Shown: positions 21,967 to 30,031 of the stretch, one piece after another | Layout: every line of letters begins with the position of its first letter | Position numbering within the stretch: position 1 is the first letter of the stretch | Assembly: GCA_038236695.1 (NCBI GenBank) | Contig: JBBRZM010000001.1 | Span: 14,177-78,176 of the forward strand | Length of the DNA: 64,000 nucleotides | DNA from: Acidimicrobiia bacterium | GTDB lineage: Bacteria > Actinomycetota > Acidimicrobiia > IMCC26256 > JBBRZM01 | Direction of reading: 5' to 3' | Position numbers and translations under genes: made by a program | Notes under the pieces: generated by a model | Told to the model about the DNA's origin: nothing | Database searches by the model: none | Seen by the model: the letters and a program-made list of their open reading frames with translations, nothing else

Positions 21967-23390
21967 GCCTCGGGCTCCTCTTCGGTTGCTGCATTCTCGG
22001 GTGTCGGGCTCTCGGGTGTTGGTGTCTCAGTTGTATCGGTTGTCTCGGTGTCGGCCTCGGTCTCGGGAAGTGCGAGATCGAGCTCGTTTCCAGTCTCATC
22101 GACAACTGTCGCGTGATCGACAAGAAATTTCAGTGCTTTCCCCCTTGCCAAATCAGAGCGTACCGCCTCAAGGACCCCCCGCCGCTCGAGATCTTTCCGA
22201 AGTTTCTGCGGCTTTTCCTCGAATCGCTCGGCCAGCCGCTCGATCTCGCCGTCGAGCTCCTCGTCGGTGGTCTCGATCGCCTCTTGGGCCACCACTGCAC
22301 GCAATGCGAGGTCGGCACGTACCGCCTTGGTCGCGGCCTCGCGCACTTGCGTCATGAATACGTCTTGGGGCTGTCCGGTGGCCTCGAAGTACTGCGGAAG
22401 CGTCGCGCCCTGCGCCTCGAGTTTGTGCGCCATGTCGTGCAACTGGCGCTCCATCTCCTGCGAGACGAGCGCGTCAGGCGGCTCGACGTCGACGAGGTCG
22501 CTCGCGACTTCGAGCACCTTGTCGCGCACGGCCATCTGTGCCTGCAGCTTCCCGACGAGCTCGAGTCGATTGCGGACGTCGGCGCGCAACGCGTCGAGCG
22601 CATCGAACTCGCTGACCTCTGACACCCAGTCGTCGGTCATCTCGGGGAGAACCTTGCGCTTCGCTTCTTTGACGAGCACCTGGAACGACACGTCCTCGCC
22701 CGCGCGTTCGCCGAACCGGTCGGGCAGGATGTCGTTGAACTTCAGGATGTCGCCGGGCCGCTTTCCATGGAGCTCCTCGTCGAGCTTCGCCACGACGCTC
22801 GCGGACCCCACCTCGTACAGGAAATCGGTAGCGGTGAGCCCGTCGATCGCCTCCTCGTGCACATAACCCTTGATGTCGATCTGGGCGTAGTCGCCATCGG
22901 TGAGCGGCGCCGAGGACTCCTCGAGGTCGGCGAAGCGCTCGCGCAGCGATTCGAGCTGCGCGTCGACGGCCTCTTCGGCGACGGCGGGACTGGGCAGCTC
23001 GACCTGCAACTCGTCGTAGCCGACGAGCCTGACGATGGGGCGTACCTCGACGACGGCGTCGAACTCGACGTCGCCGTTCTCCTCGCCGGCGGTGATATCG
23101 ATCTCGGGCGGCGCGATCGCGTCGAGGTGCTCGTCTTCAACGGCTTGCGCGTAGTACCGCGGCAACGCGTCGCGCAACGCCTGCTCACGCGCGACTTCAG
23201 GGCCGAAACGAGCTTCGAGCAGCTGGCGGGGCGCCTTGCCGGGGCGGAACCCCGGAATCTTCACCTCACCCGCGAGTTTGCGGAACGCCGCGTCGATCGC
23301 CTTCTCGAACTCGGGCGCAGGAATCTCGACGTGCAGCCGGACCTTGCTGCCTTCGAGAGGCTCGACGGAGATGCTGACGGGCGGCGCCAT
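21963..23390 (-). CDS. tig: trigger factor
   Basis: Ribosome-binding GFRPGKAP motif, FKBP-type middle domain and an acidic Thr/Glu/Pro C-terminal tail. There is a 4-nt overlap with clpP. Confidence 0.9.
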   Translation of the reverse strand: MAPPVSISVEPLEGSKVRLHVEIPAPEFEKAIDAAFRKLAGEVKIPGFRPGKAPRQLLEARFGPEVAREQALRDALPRYYAQAVEDEHLDAIAPPEIDITAGEENGDVEFDAVVEVRPIVRLVGYDELQVELPSPAVAEEAVDAQLESLRERFADLEESSAPLTDGDYAQIDIKGYVHEEAIDGLTATDFLYEVGSASVVAKLDEELHGKRPGDILKFNDILPDRFGERAGEDVSFQVLVKEAKRKVLPEMTDDWVSEVSEFDALDALRADVRNRLELVGKLQAQMAVRDKVLEVASDLVDVEPPDALVSQEMERQLHDMAHKLEAQGATLPQYFEATGQPQDVFMTQVREAATKAVRADLALRAVVAQEAIETTDEELDGEIERLAERFEEKPQKLRKDLERRGVLEAVRSDLARGKALKFLVDHATVVDETGNELDLALPETEADTETTDTTETPTPESPTPENAATEEEPEA

Positions 23391-23429
23391 GGGGAAAGGC
23401 AGTGTACTCGCCGGCCCTCGCGATCAGGG

Positions 23430-24331
23430 ATGTTCCGCGACGACGTCCCAGCGCGCCTGGTGACGGCGGTACCGTTTCGTGCGGTGCGTGATCTCTCGTT
23501 CACGACGGTGCTCGCGGTGGCGGCGATCGCGTTGGTTGCGCCGCTGCTCGTGCTGCTCGCACCGCAACTGCGTATGCCGGCAGTCGTGCTCGAGATCCTG
23601 CTCGGACCGTCGGGCTTCGACTGGATTCGCGTCGATGTGCCGGTGAGCGTGCTCGCGCTCCTCGGCCTCGGTTTCCTGTTGTTCCTCGCCGGGCTCGAGA
23701 TCGATCCCACGCGTCTCCGTCATGGCTTCGGGCGAATCCTGATCGCGTTCGTGATCTCGCTCGGCCTCGCCGCGGTCATCGGCAGGGGCATCGACGTCTA
23801 CGGCGAGACCGACGCACCACTGTTCATCGCGATCACGCTCGCGTCGACTTCGCTCGGGCTCGTGGTGCCGGTCATGCGCGACGCCGGTGAGACCGACACC
23901 GATTTCGGGCAACTCGTGATGACCGCGAGCACCGTCGCGGAGTTCGGATCCATCGTGCTCGTCTCGCTGTTCTGGCCGGCGCGTTGCTGCGGATCGTCGA
24001 CCGCGACCAGAAGCTCGTCCACGAGCACTTCCGGGCCAAGGTCGAGGCGATCGGCTATGGGTTCCTCATCCCTGTGTTCTTCGTCGCGAGCGGCCTCCGC
24101 TTCGACGCCGACGCGCTGTTCAAGGACGGGCACCACCTGCTGCTGGTCCCGATGTTCCTCGCCGCGATCTTTGTCGTGCGCGCGCTGCCGACGTTGATCT
24201 ACCGGCCGCTCATGGGCCCGCGCCACACGGCAGTCGCGGCACTGCTCCAGGCGACGACGCTGACGTTCCCGGTCGTCGCCGCACACTTGGGCGTGCAACT
24301 CAAGGTCTTCGACACCGCGACCGCCGCTTGA
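23430..24331 (+). pseudogene. cation:proton antiporter (CPA2-like), frameshifted and probably internally deleted
   Basis: The N-terminal part (...RMPAVVLEILLGPSGFDWI...TVAEFGSIVLVSLF) runs in the frame of ORF 22767..24197. The C-terminal part (LAGALLRIVDRDQKLVHEHFRAKVEAIGYGFLIPVFFVASGLRFD...) runs in the frame of ORF 23984..24331. The switch lies near 23965-23975. The combined length of about 300 aa is short for the family. Confidence 0.55.
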
Positions 24332-24419
24332 TCGCGGCCCTCGGCACCGAACTGATTTCTCCGCATACGCCGCGTCACCCAAGCCTCCGACCGATGTCGC
24401 CTACGCTCAGAAGCTCAGC

Positions 24420-24458
24420 CGGGAAGTAGCGCAGCGTGGTAGCGCACCTGCTTTGGGA
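24420..24458 (+). repeat. orphan 5' half of tRNA-Pro (direct repeat of 25455..25493)
   Basis: 38 of 39 nt are identical to positions 1-39 of the intact tRNA-Pro, from the acceptor 5' strand through the anticodon loop. No T-arm follows. Confidence 0.75.
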
Positions 24459-24625
24459 TTCCCGAACGCCAAGCGCTGCGGCCGTAAGGCGCTGACCTGC
24501 GAGTCAACCTGCCTGCGAGCAGCGTCGCGGCCCGAATTATCTGCGCACTACGCAGCGCGAATGCGTCACGGCCACGCCGACGGGGCACAACTCAATCGAC
24601 AGCCACTCAAGCACCGGAGGCCGCG

Positions 24626-24784
24626 ATGAATTCGCCACAGCTCGAGCTCGACGCTATCGACGACGCCCTGCGAGAGATCCAAAACATGCTCGGCCGGCTC
24701 CGCGACGCGAACCTCGCGGTAAGAAGGCGCGTCGCTCGGCTCGAAATCGCGACAGCGCTCGAGAACGGTCAGACGGCCGAATAG
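24626..24784 (+). CDS. small hypothetical coiled-coil protein (52 aa)
   Basis: Below the ORF-track cutoff. GGAGG lies 5 nt upstream of ATG 24626. Translation: MNSPQLELDAIDDALREIQNMLGRLRDANLAVRRRVARLEIATALENGQTAE. It uses GTA/AGA/AGG codons that look rare in the surrounding genes. Confidence 0.3.
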   Translation: MNSPQLELDAIDDALREIQNMLGRLRDANLAVRRRVARLEIATALENGQTAE

Positions 24785-25360
24785 CGCCGACCGCGCTCCC
24801 GCGGCCCCATTCTCGAACTGTGCGCGGTCGTCTCGACGACGGAGCGAAGGTGCGCGTGTTCGCCCGACAGACGATGAACCTCGGCCCGTAGCTCGGCGTT
24901 CTGGCCCACCACGTACGCCAGCACCATTTCCGCGTCACTGCGCCTGCACAGTGTTACCGACCCCTGGCCGCGCACGCTCATGTCGCTCACGGTGACCTGC
25001 GCGACGAAACGGAGCGAGCCGGCGCGCCGGACGACTCTCTCGGCCGGCGCGGGCTTGGCCGGCGGTGGCAGTAGGTGTATGCGCGGCCGCGAGCCTTGGG
25101 CCGGCCCGCCGACCGGCACGGTGATGATGTCGGCGTCGTGCAACCTTCGTGTTGGTGGCCCAGAGCCGAAGGTCGGCGGCAGAAACGGTCGCGCCTTGAG
25201 CGATGTTTACATTGGGGAAATGGAGCCCCATGACAACGGCCGATGAGCCGGCTGTGTCATTCCTGATCGCGAAGCTCGTCTCGACGAGAGCGACCCCGCC
25301 GACGCTATTCTCTCGGGCGTCGTCGGCCCCCGCGCCGATGATGATGGACTGGTTCGCCAC
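24769..25360 (-). pseudogene. frameshifted remnant of a surface/carbohydrate-binding-like protein
   Basis: Two minus-strand frames (ORFs 24935..25513 and 24769..25143) abut near 25140-25150. The upstream frame carries LHFPNVNIAQGATVSAADLRLWA, reminiscent of DNRLRE-type domains. There is no convincing start. Confidence 0.3.
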
Positions 25361-25454
25361 GTCAGCCCCACTGCATCCGCATGACGCCGAGCGCTTGAGT
25401 AAGAGGGATTTTCGCCCCGGGCTCGCGTAAGGTGCTGGTGGGCGGGCGATTTTC

Positions 25455-25528
25455 CGGGGAGTAGCGCAGCGTGGTAGCGCACCTGCTTTGGGAGCAGGAG
25501 GTCGGGGGTTCAAGTCCCCCCTCCCCGA
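25455..25528 (+). tRNA. tRNA-Pro (anticodon TGG)
   Basis: Cloverleaf read by hand: acceptor CGGGGAG/CTCCCCG, anticodon arm CCTGC-TTTGGGA-GCAGG, T-arm GGGGG-TTCAAGT-CCCCC, discriminator A. Confidence 0.9.
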
Positions 25529-25565
25529 CTGGTACGACGAACGCGCGCGTTACCGTCGCGGCCTC

Positions 25566-25639
25566 GCGGGTGTAGCTCAATGGCAGAGTCCCAGCCTTCC
25601 AAGCTGGTCATGCGGGTTCGATTCCCGTCACCCGCTCCA
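25566..25639 (+). tRNA. tRNA-Gly (anticodon TCC), CCA encoded
   Basis: Acceptor GCGGGTG/CACCCGC, anticodon arm CCAGC-CTTCCAA-GCTGG, T-loop TTCGATT, 3' TCCA. Confidence 0.9.
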
Positions 25640-25747
25640 TGTCATCAGCGCAGGTCAACCGCTACGCAGCGCCACTGGTCGGCAATTCTGCGCGCGTCTT
25701 ACCGTCCGTCGTGGCGCGTTGCGTGATTGACACCATTGGGGGCTCCC

Positions 25748-26461
25748 CTACTTACGTGGCTTGCGAAACTGCGCTTGCGCGTCGAGCAGCTTTTTGCGGT
25801 GCAGCGTGCGTGCCGTCTCCCTGTCGAACTTCTCGTTCCCCAATAGCTTCCCCGGCTCTGGTGGTGAATTGCCTCGCGCTTCGTCGCTCGTGCCGTCGAG
25901 CGCGTTCGCGGTCGCGACGAGCTTCGATAATTCGTCGAAGTACCCCTCGAGCAACACGATTCGCTCCACGAGGTTGTTGAGTCCCTGCTCCATTTTCTCG
26001 AGTGCCTCCCGGTGCGCTCCGTCGCTCGTGCCGTCGAGCGCGTTCGCGGTCGCGACGAGCTTCGATAATTCATCGAAGTACCCCTCGAGCAACACGATTC
26101 GCTCCACGAGGTTGTTGAGTCCCTGCTCCATTTTCTCGAGTGCCTCCCGGTGCGCTCCAAGGTGTCCGTCGACCGCCGCCAGGAGCGTGCCGACACTGGC
26201 AGACTCCCCCCACTGGGTGTTCGAGAGGCAGAGGTCCGATCGGCTCTCGTCGCGATTTTCGGTGTCGGCGCCCGCGACGAGCGACGCGAACGAATCCTCG
26301 TCGAAAGGATGCGCCACCATGACCTCAGCCGGCCCGCCTGCAGTCGCGCCCAACACGATTCGCACGGCGCCCGACTCGTCGACGATCTCGAGGTAGCGGG
26401 CGCGGATCGTATCGACGACCAGTGCGCGGTCAGTGGGCACACGGTCCGTAATCTTGACCAT
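25748..26461 (-). CDS. hypothetical protein with an internal 46-aa tandem duplication
   Basis: 237 aa. AGGAGGAG lies 6 nt upstream of ATG 26461. A coiled-coil-like unit, AHREALEKMEQGLNNLVERIVLLEGYFDELSKLVATANALDGTSD, occurs twice, followed by a basic C-terminal tail. Confidence 0.6.
   Translation of the reverse strand: MVKITDRVPTDRALVVDTIRARYLEIVDESGAVRIVLGATAGGPAEVMVAHPFDEDSFASLVAGADTENRDESRSDLCLSNTQWGESASVGTLLAAVDGHLGAHREALEKMEQGLNNLVERIVLLEGYFDELSKLVATANALDGTSDGAHREALEKMEQGLNNLVERIVLLEGYFDELSKLVATANALDGTSDEARGNSPPEPGKLLGNEKFDRETARTLHRKKLLDAQAQFRKPRK
25882..26157. repeat. 138-bp perfect-phase tandem duplication (2 copies, 1 mismatch)
   Basis: 25882..26019 and 26020..26157 are identical except for one position (ttcGtcgaag versus ttcAtcgaag). 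Confidence 0.9.
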
Positions 26462-26521
26462 GTCGGCTCCTCCTAGTAGGTGCTGGCCGTCCCCCGGGCC
26501 GTTTTGCGCGGTGCCGGGGGC

Positions 26522-26923
26522 TTATTCGTTCCCTGCCCTGGAGGTCAACGTACACGCCCGGATCGCGGGCGGGGCATCGGCGACCGGCGCGACATCCCGC
26601 TGCACCTGTGCTTCGAAGCGGCGCCCATCGACTCGGAGCAGTTTCAAGCCAGTCGGGGCCGCGACCTCGACAAGCACCGGCCCGGGCTCGTCGTCGGCGA
26701 CCCCTGGTACGCCTACCACGGCACCAGCGACTCGAGGAATCTCCACGAGGAAGTCGGGCTGCTCGCGTCGCTCAGCAACCCGATTAGCGCCGCGGGTGCG
26801 TCGCTCAGGCCAACGGACACTTCGAGCTCGTGCTCGAGGTCGGTCGCGCCAATGGTGGGGATGCATGGCCGCGTGGACGCCGGCGTCCACGAGCGTCGTT
26901 CCATGGCACATTCCATGCCGCAC
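26522..26923 (-). CDS. hypothetical protein (start uncertain)
   Basis: 133-aa ORF. Only the C-terminal ~75 aa (DFLVEIPRVAGAVVGVPGVADDEPGPVLVEV...) look protein-like, with weak resemblance to the N-terminus of the 25748..26461 product. A 7-bp GC hairpin follows the stop. Confidence 0.3.
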   Translation of the reverse strand: MRHGMCHGTTLVDAGVHAAMHPHHWRDRPRARARSVRWPERRTRGANRVAERREQPDFLVEIPRVAGAVVGVPGVADDEPGPVLVEVAAPTGLKLLRVDGRRFEAQVQRDVAPVADAPPAIRACTLTSRAGNE

Positions 26924-27029
26924 GCCGCCGCGTTCGCCGACGTTCGTGACTGTTTGCTGACGACGCGATCTGTTGAGACGTCAACCATTCCGTTCGCCCG
27001 CGTTCGCCGCTGATCGGTCTAACCGTGCC

Positions 27030-27069
27030 TCCAAGCTGGTCATGCGGGTTTGATTCCCGTCACCCGCTC
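27030..27069 (+). repeat. orphan 3' half of tRNA-Gly (direct repeat of 25598..25637)
   Basis: 39 of 40 nt are identical, starting exactly at the anticodon. The single difference hits the T-loop (TTCGATT to TTTGATT). Confidence 0.8.
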
Positions 27070-27158
27070 TGCAGCACGGCGCGGCTACGCAGCCGATCTG
27101 AGCAACCAGGCTCCGGCGAACGTCGCCAACCGCAGCTCCGCGGACTTCTGCTTCGGGA

Positions 27159-27356
27159 ATGCTGCGATCGGCTTGCCCGCGCTGTCGGCATACACGTTCC
27201 AGACCGCGGACACCGTCAGATAACGACACGCTGCTGGGCCGGGGTGCCGACCCGAACGGGCTCGCATACTGGGTCGGCGCGATCAGTCGCGGACATCGCG
27301 ACGAAGAAGTGATCGCACTGATCGTCGGTTCCAGCGAATACCTGTCGCGCCTCTGA
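27159..27356 (+). pseudogene. C-terminal fragment of a DUF4214-domain protein
   Basis: The ORF ends in TLLGRGADPNGLAYWVGAISRGHRDEEVIALIVGSSEYLSRL, matching the DUF4214 pattern (LGR..D..G..yW......G.....v......S.EY). No upstream domain or credible start is present. Confidence 0.4.
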
Positions 27357-27383
27357 GTCTCACGACCCCGAACGCGCCGACGA

Positions 27384-27692
27384 TCAGTCGTCCGCCGCCG
27401 CAAAGAGATGCAGCAGCTCAAACTCCGTGCGGTCCGGCGGCGCGGCGAGGAGCGGTGCGACCGCATCGTTGAAGGCGGCGAACTCCGGGTCGCTGTTGAC
27501 CCGATCGGCGGCCGGACGGTCAGTGAAGACGCCCAGGCCCCGCACGACGCCGCTCGCCTCGTCACCAACGACCAGGACGGTTTCCAGTGCTTCGTGCGTG
27601 CTCAGGAACTCGGCCGCGAACGCAGAGTAGATACCTGCGACATCGCGGTAGTGACCTGGCTTGGCGTGCAGCGTGAACTCGGCGACGTGCAT
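27384..27692 (-). CDS. small ABM-like (ferredoxin-fold) hypothetical protein
   Basis: ATG 27692 is preceded by AAGGAG. Translation: MHVAEFTLHAKPGHYRDVAGIYSAFAAEFL... The longer ORF (to 27929) runs through tRNA-His and is rejected. Confidence 0.5.
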   Translation of the reverse strand: MHVAEFTLHAKPGHYRDVAGIYSAFAAEFLSTHEALETVLVVGDEASGVVRGLGVFTDRPAADRVNSDPEFAAFNDAVAPLLAAPPDRTEFELLHLFAAADD

Positions 27693-27849
27693 CGACGTTT
27701 CTCCTTTTCTTGTCACGACATCCCGCACCGCTCCTGCTCCCAAACTTTCCCGATGCCCTCGATCGACCGGGCTACGCGGCAGAGACATGACGTCAGTCAA
27801 CGCTTGAACAGACCACTGGACGCGCGCACCGACGAGCGGTGCGCGTGCG

Positions 27850-27927
27850 TGGGGTGACCGAGGGGTTTCGAACCCCCGACCTCCGGGACCACAACCCGGC
27901 GCTCTAGCCAACTGAGCTACGGCCACC
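27850..27927 (-). tRNA. tRNA-His (anticodon GTG), with encoded G-1 and CCA
   Basis: Reverse complement reads G-GTGGCCG..CCGGG-TTGTGGT-CCCGG..TTCGAAA..CGGTCAC-C-CCA. Confidence 0.9.
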
Positions 27928-27963
27928 ACGATTGGGACGAGCGGATCGCATCCGCCGGCCCCG

Positions 27964-28037
27964 CGCGCCCGGGAGGATTCGAACCCCCGACCCGCAGATT
28001 AGAAATCTGCTGCTCTATCCATCTGAGCTACGGGCGC
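27964..28037 (-). tRNA. tRNA-Arg (anticodon TCT)
   Basis: Reverse complement reads GCGCCCG..GCAGA-TTTCTAA-TCTGC..GGGGG-TTCGAAT-CCTCC-CGGGCGC-G. Confidence 0.9.
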
Positions 28038-28102
28038 CCGCTCGCACCGGGACGCTGCAGTGTACCGGAGCGGCCGACTGGCGAACCGTCCGCTTCGCGC
28101 GC

Positions 28103-29014
28103 TCACGCGGATGCAGGTGTCGTGAGCACCGCCCGCAGTGCGTTCTCGAACGTCGGATGCTCGAAGCGGAAATCATCCGCGAGCAGCTTCGCCGGCAACA
28201 CCCGCTGACCTTCCACGAGCACCTGGCGCACGAGCTCCTTGCCGTACCGGAGTTGCAGCGGCAACAACGGCGTCGGCAGCACGGTGGGCCGGTGCAGCAC
28301 CGCGCCCAGGGTCTTGGTGAACTCGGTGTTGGTGACGGGACTCGGACCCGTGAGGTTGACCGGGCCGGCGACGGAGTCGTGCTCGAGCACGTGCAGGATC
28401 GCGCGCACTTCATCGGGCAACGAGATCCAGCTCATGTACTGCGATCCCGAGCCGATGCGTCCGCCGAGGCCGAGCTTGAACGGCAACAGCATACGTTGCA
28501 ACGCGCCGCCACGTGACGAGAGCACGATGCCGGTGCGCACGCAAGCGACACGAATGCCGGCGTCGGCTGCCGGGGTCGTTGACGCTTCCCATGCGCGACA
28601 CACGTCAGCAAGAAATCCGTCGCCCGGCGGACTGTGCTCGTTCAGCTCTTCAGAGCCACGGTTGCCGTAGTAACCGACTGCCGATGCCGACACCAGTACG
28701 GGGGGCGGTCTCTGCAGGCGCGCCAGCGTCTCGCTCAAAAGCGTCGTGGCGCGCGTGCGACTCTCGAGAATTCGCTGCTTCTGTTCGGCAGTCCACTTGC
28801 GCCCACCAATGCTTTCGCCGGCGAGATGCACGACGGCGCCGATACCTTCGAGCCCAACGGCGTCGATCGTGCCTGCAGCGGGATCCCAGCGCAACGTGGC
28901 GCCGGTGCCGGCGGCTCCGCGCACGAGCCCGACAGTACGGTGGCCGGAACGCTCGAGCGCGGGCAGCAGCGCAGTGCCGATGAATCCTGAGGAACCGGTT
29001 ACGAGCACGTCCAT
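28103..29014 (-). CDS. TIGR01777-family NAD-dependent epimerase/dehydratase (YfcH-like)
   Basis: MDVLVTGSSGFIG Rossmann motif and a DUF1731-like C-terminus. ATG 29014 has GGAGG 7 nt upstream. Confidence 0.8.
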   Translation of the reverse strand: MDVLVTGSSGFIGTALLPALERSGHRTVGLVRGAAGTGATLRWDPAAGTIDAVGLEGIGAVVHLAGESIGGRKWTAEQKQRILESRTRATTLLSETLARLQRPPPVLVSASAVGYYGNRGSEELNEHSPPGDGFLADVCRAWEASTTPAADAGIRVACVRTGIVLSSRGGALQRMLLPFKLGLGGRIGSGSQYMSWISLPDEVRAILHVLEHDSVAGPVNLTGPSPVTNTEFTKTLGAVLHRPTVLPTPLLPLQLRYGKELVRQVLVEGQRVLPAKLLADDFRFEHPTFENALRAVLTTPASA

Positions 29015-29115
29015 CCGCGCACCTCCGAGGTTGCGCACGCGACGCTAGGTGTGTCGGCGAAGCGCGGCAGCACTCGGGGTGGCTGTCGACGCCGCGGGTA
29101 GGCTTCTGCGCTCAC

Positions 29116-29192
29116 GCGCCCCTAGCTCAACTGGTTAGAGCAAGTGACTCTTAATCACTAGGTTCGGGGTTCGAGTCCCCGGGGGCGTACCA
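29116..29192 (+). tRNA. tRNA-Lys (anticodon CTT), CCA encoded
   Basis: GCGCCCC..AGTGA-CTCTTAA-TCACT..CGGGG-TTCGAGT-CCCCG-GGGGCGT-A-CCA. Confidence 0.9.
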
Positions 29193-29250
29193 GGGCCAAC
29201 ATTTCACGGCCACGCGTCGCCGGTGGGACGCGCCTCTACACTCCCCCGCC

Positions 29251-30021
29251 GTGACCGCGCTCGATCCCATCGCCCGCTTCCCCCTCGACGGCAAGGTCGC
29301 GGTCGTGACCGGTGCGAGCTCCGGATTGGGCACACGATTCGCCCGGGTGCTCGACGCCGCGGGCGCTCGAGTCGTGCTCGCGGCGCGCCGAATCGACCGC
29401 CTCGACGCTCTGGCGAACGAGATGAACGACGCGGTGGCCGTCGAGTGCGACCTCGCGCAACCGCACGCGCCGGCCGCGATCGTCGACGCTGCGCGCGAAC
29501 GCTACGGACGCGTCGACGTGCTCGTCAACAACGCCGGCGCGAGTGACGAAGTCCCGGCGATCGACTTTCCCATCGATCGTTTCCGGGAGATCCTCGAGAT
29601 CAACCTCGTCGCTTCGTTCGCGCTCTCGCAGTCCGCGGCCCGGGCGATGATCGACACGTCGGGCGGCGGTTCCATCATCAACATCGCCTCGCAGTACGGG
29701 CTCGTCGGCGTCAACGCCGGCATCGCCGGCTACGCGGCTTCGAAGGGCGGGCTCGTGAACCTGACCCGCCAGCTGGCCGCAGAGTGGGCGCGCGTCGGTG
29801 TACGCGTCAACGCCCTCGCGCCGGGTTACTTCCGAACCGAGATGACATCCGGCCTCTTCGACAGCGACGCGTCGCTCGACTGGATCGCGCGGACGTCGCC
29901 GATGGGCCGACCGGGCGAGGAACACGAGCTCGACGGCGCGCTCCTGTTCCTTGCCGGCGACGCGAGCAGTTACGTCACCGGCTCGGTGCTCTCCGTCGAC
30001 GGCGGCTGGACGGCCGTCTGA
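29251..30021 (+). CDS. SDR-family oxidoreductase
   Basis: TGASSGLG cofactor motif, NNAG, and catalytic YAASK. Confidence 0.85.
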   Translation: MTALDPIARFPLDGKVAVVTGASSGLGTRFARVLDAAGARVVLAARRIDRLDALANEMNDAVAVECDLAQPHAPAAIVDAARERYGRVDVLVNNAGASDEVPAIDFPIDRFREILEINLVASFALSQSAARAMIDTSGGGSIINIASQYGLVGVNAGIAGYAASKGGLVNLTRQLAAEWARVGVRVNALAPGYFRTEMTSGLFDSDASLDWIARTSPMGRPGEEHELDGALLFLAGDASSYVTGSVLSVDGGWTAV

Positions 30022-30031
30022 ACACGACGGG

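Larger units (their letters stand above)
24459..25454. mobile_element. decayed insert bracketed by tRNA-Pro 5'-half direct repeats
   Basis: About 1 kb lies between the half-tRNA copy and the intact tRNA-Pro. It contains only a small ORF and a frameshifted ORF, has locally AT-richer stretches, and has no integrase. Confidence 0.4.
25640..27029. mobile_element. decayed integrated element at tRNA-Gly (attL = intact tRNA, attR = 3'-half copy)
   Basis: A 40-nt direct repeat runs from the anticodon to the 3' end of tRNA-Gly (25598..25637 versus 27030..27069). The cargo is two hypothetical minus-strand ORFs, with no integrase. Confidence 0.5.
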
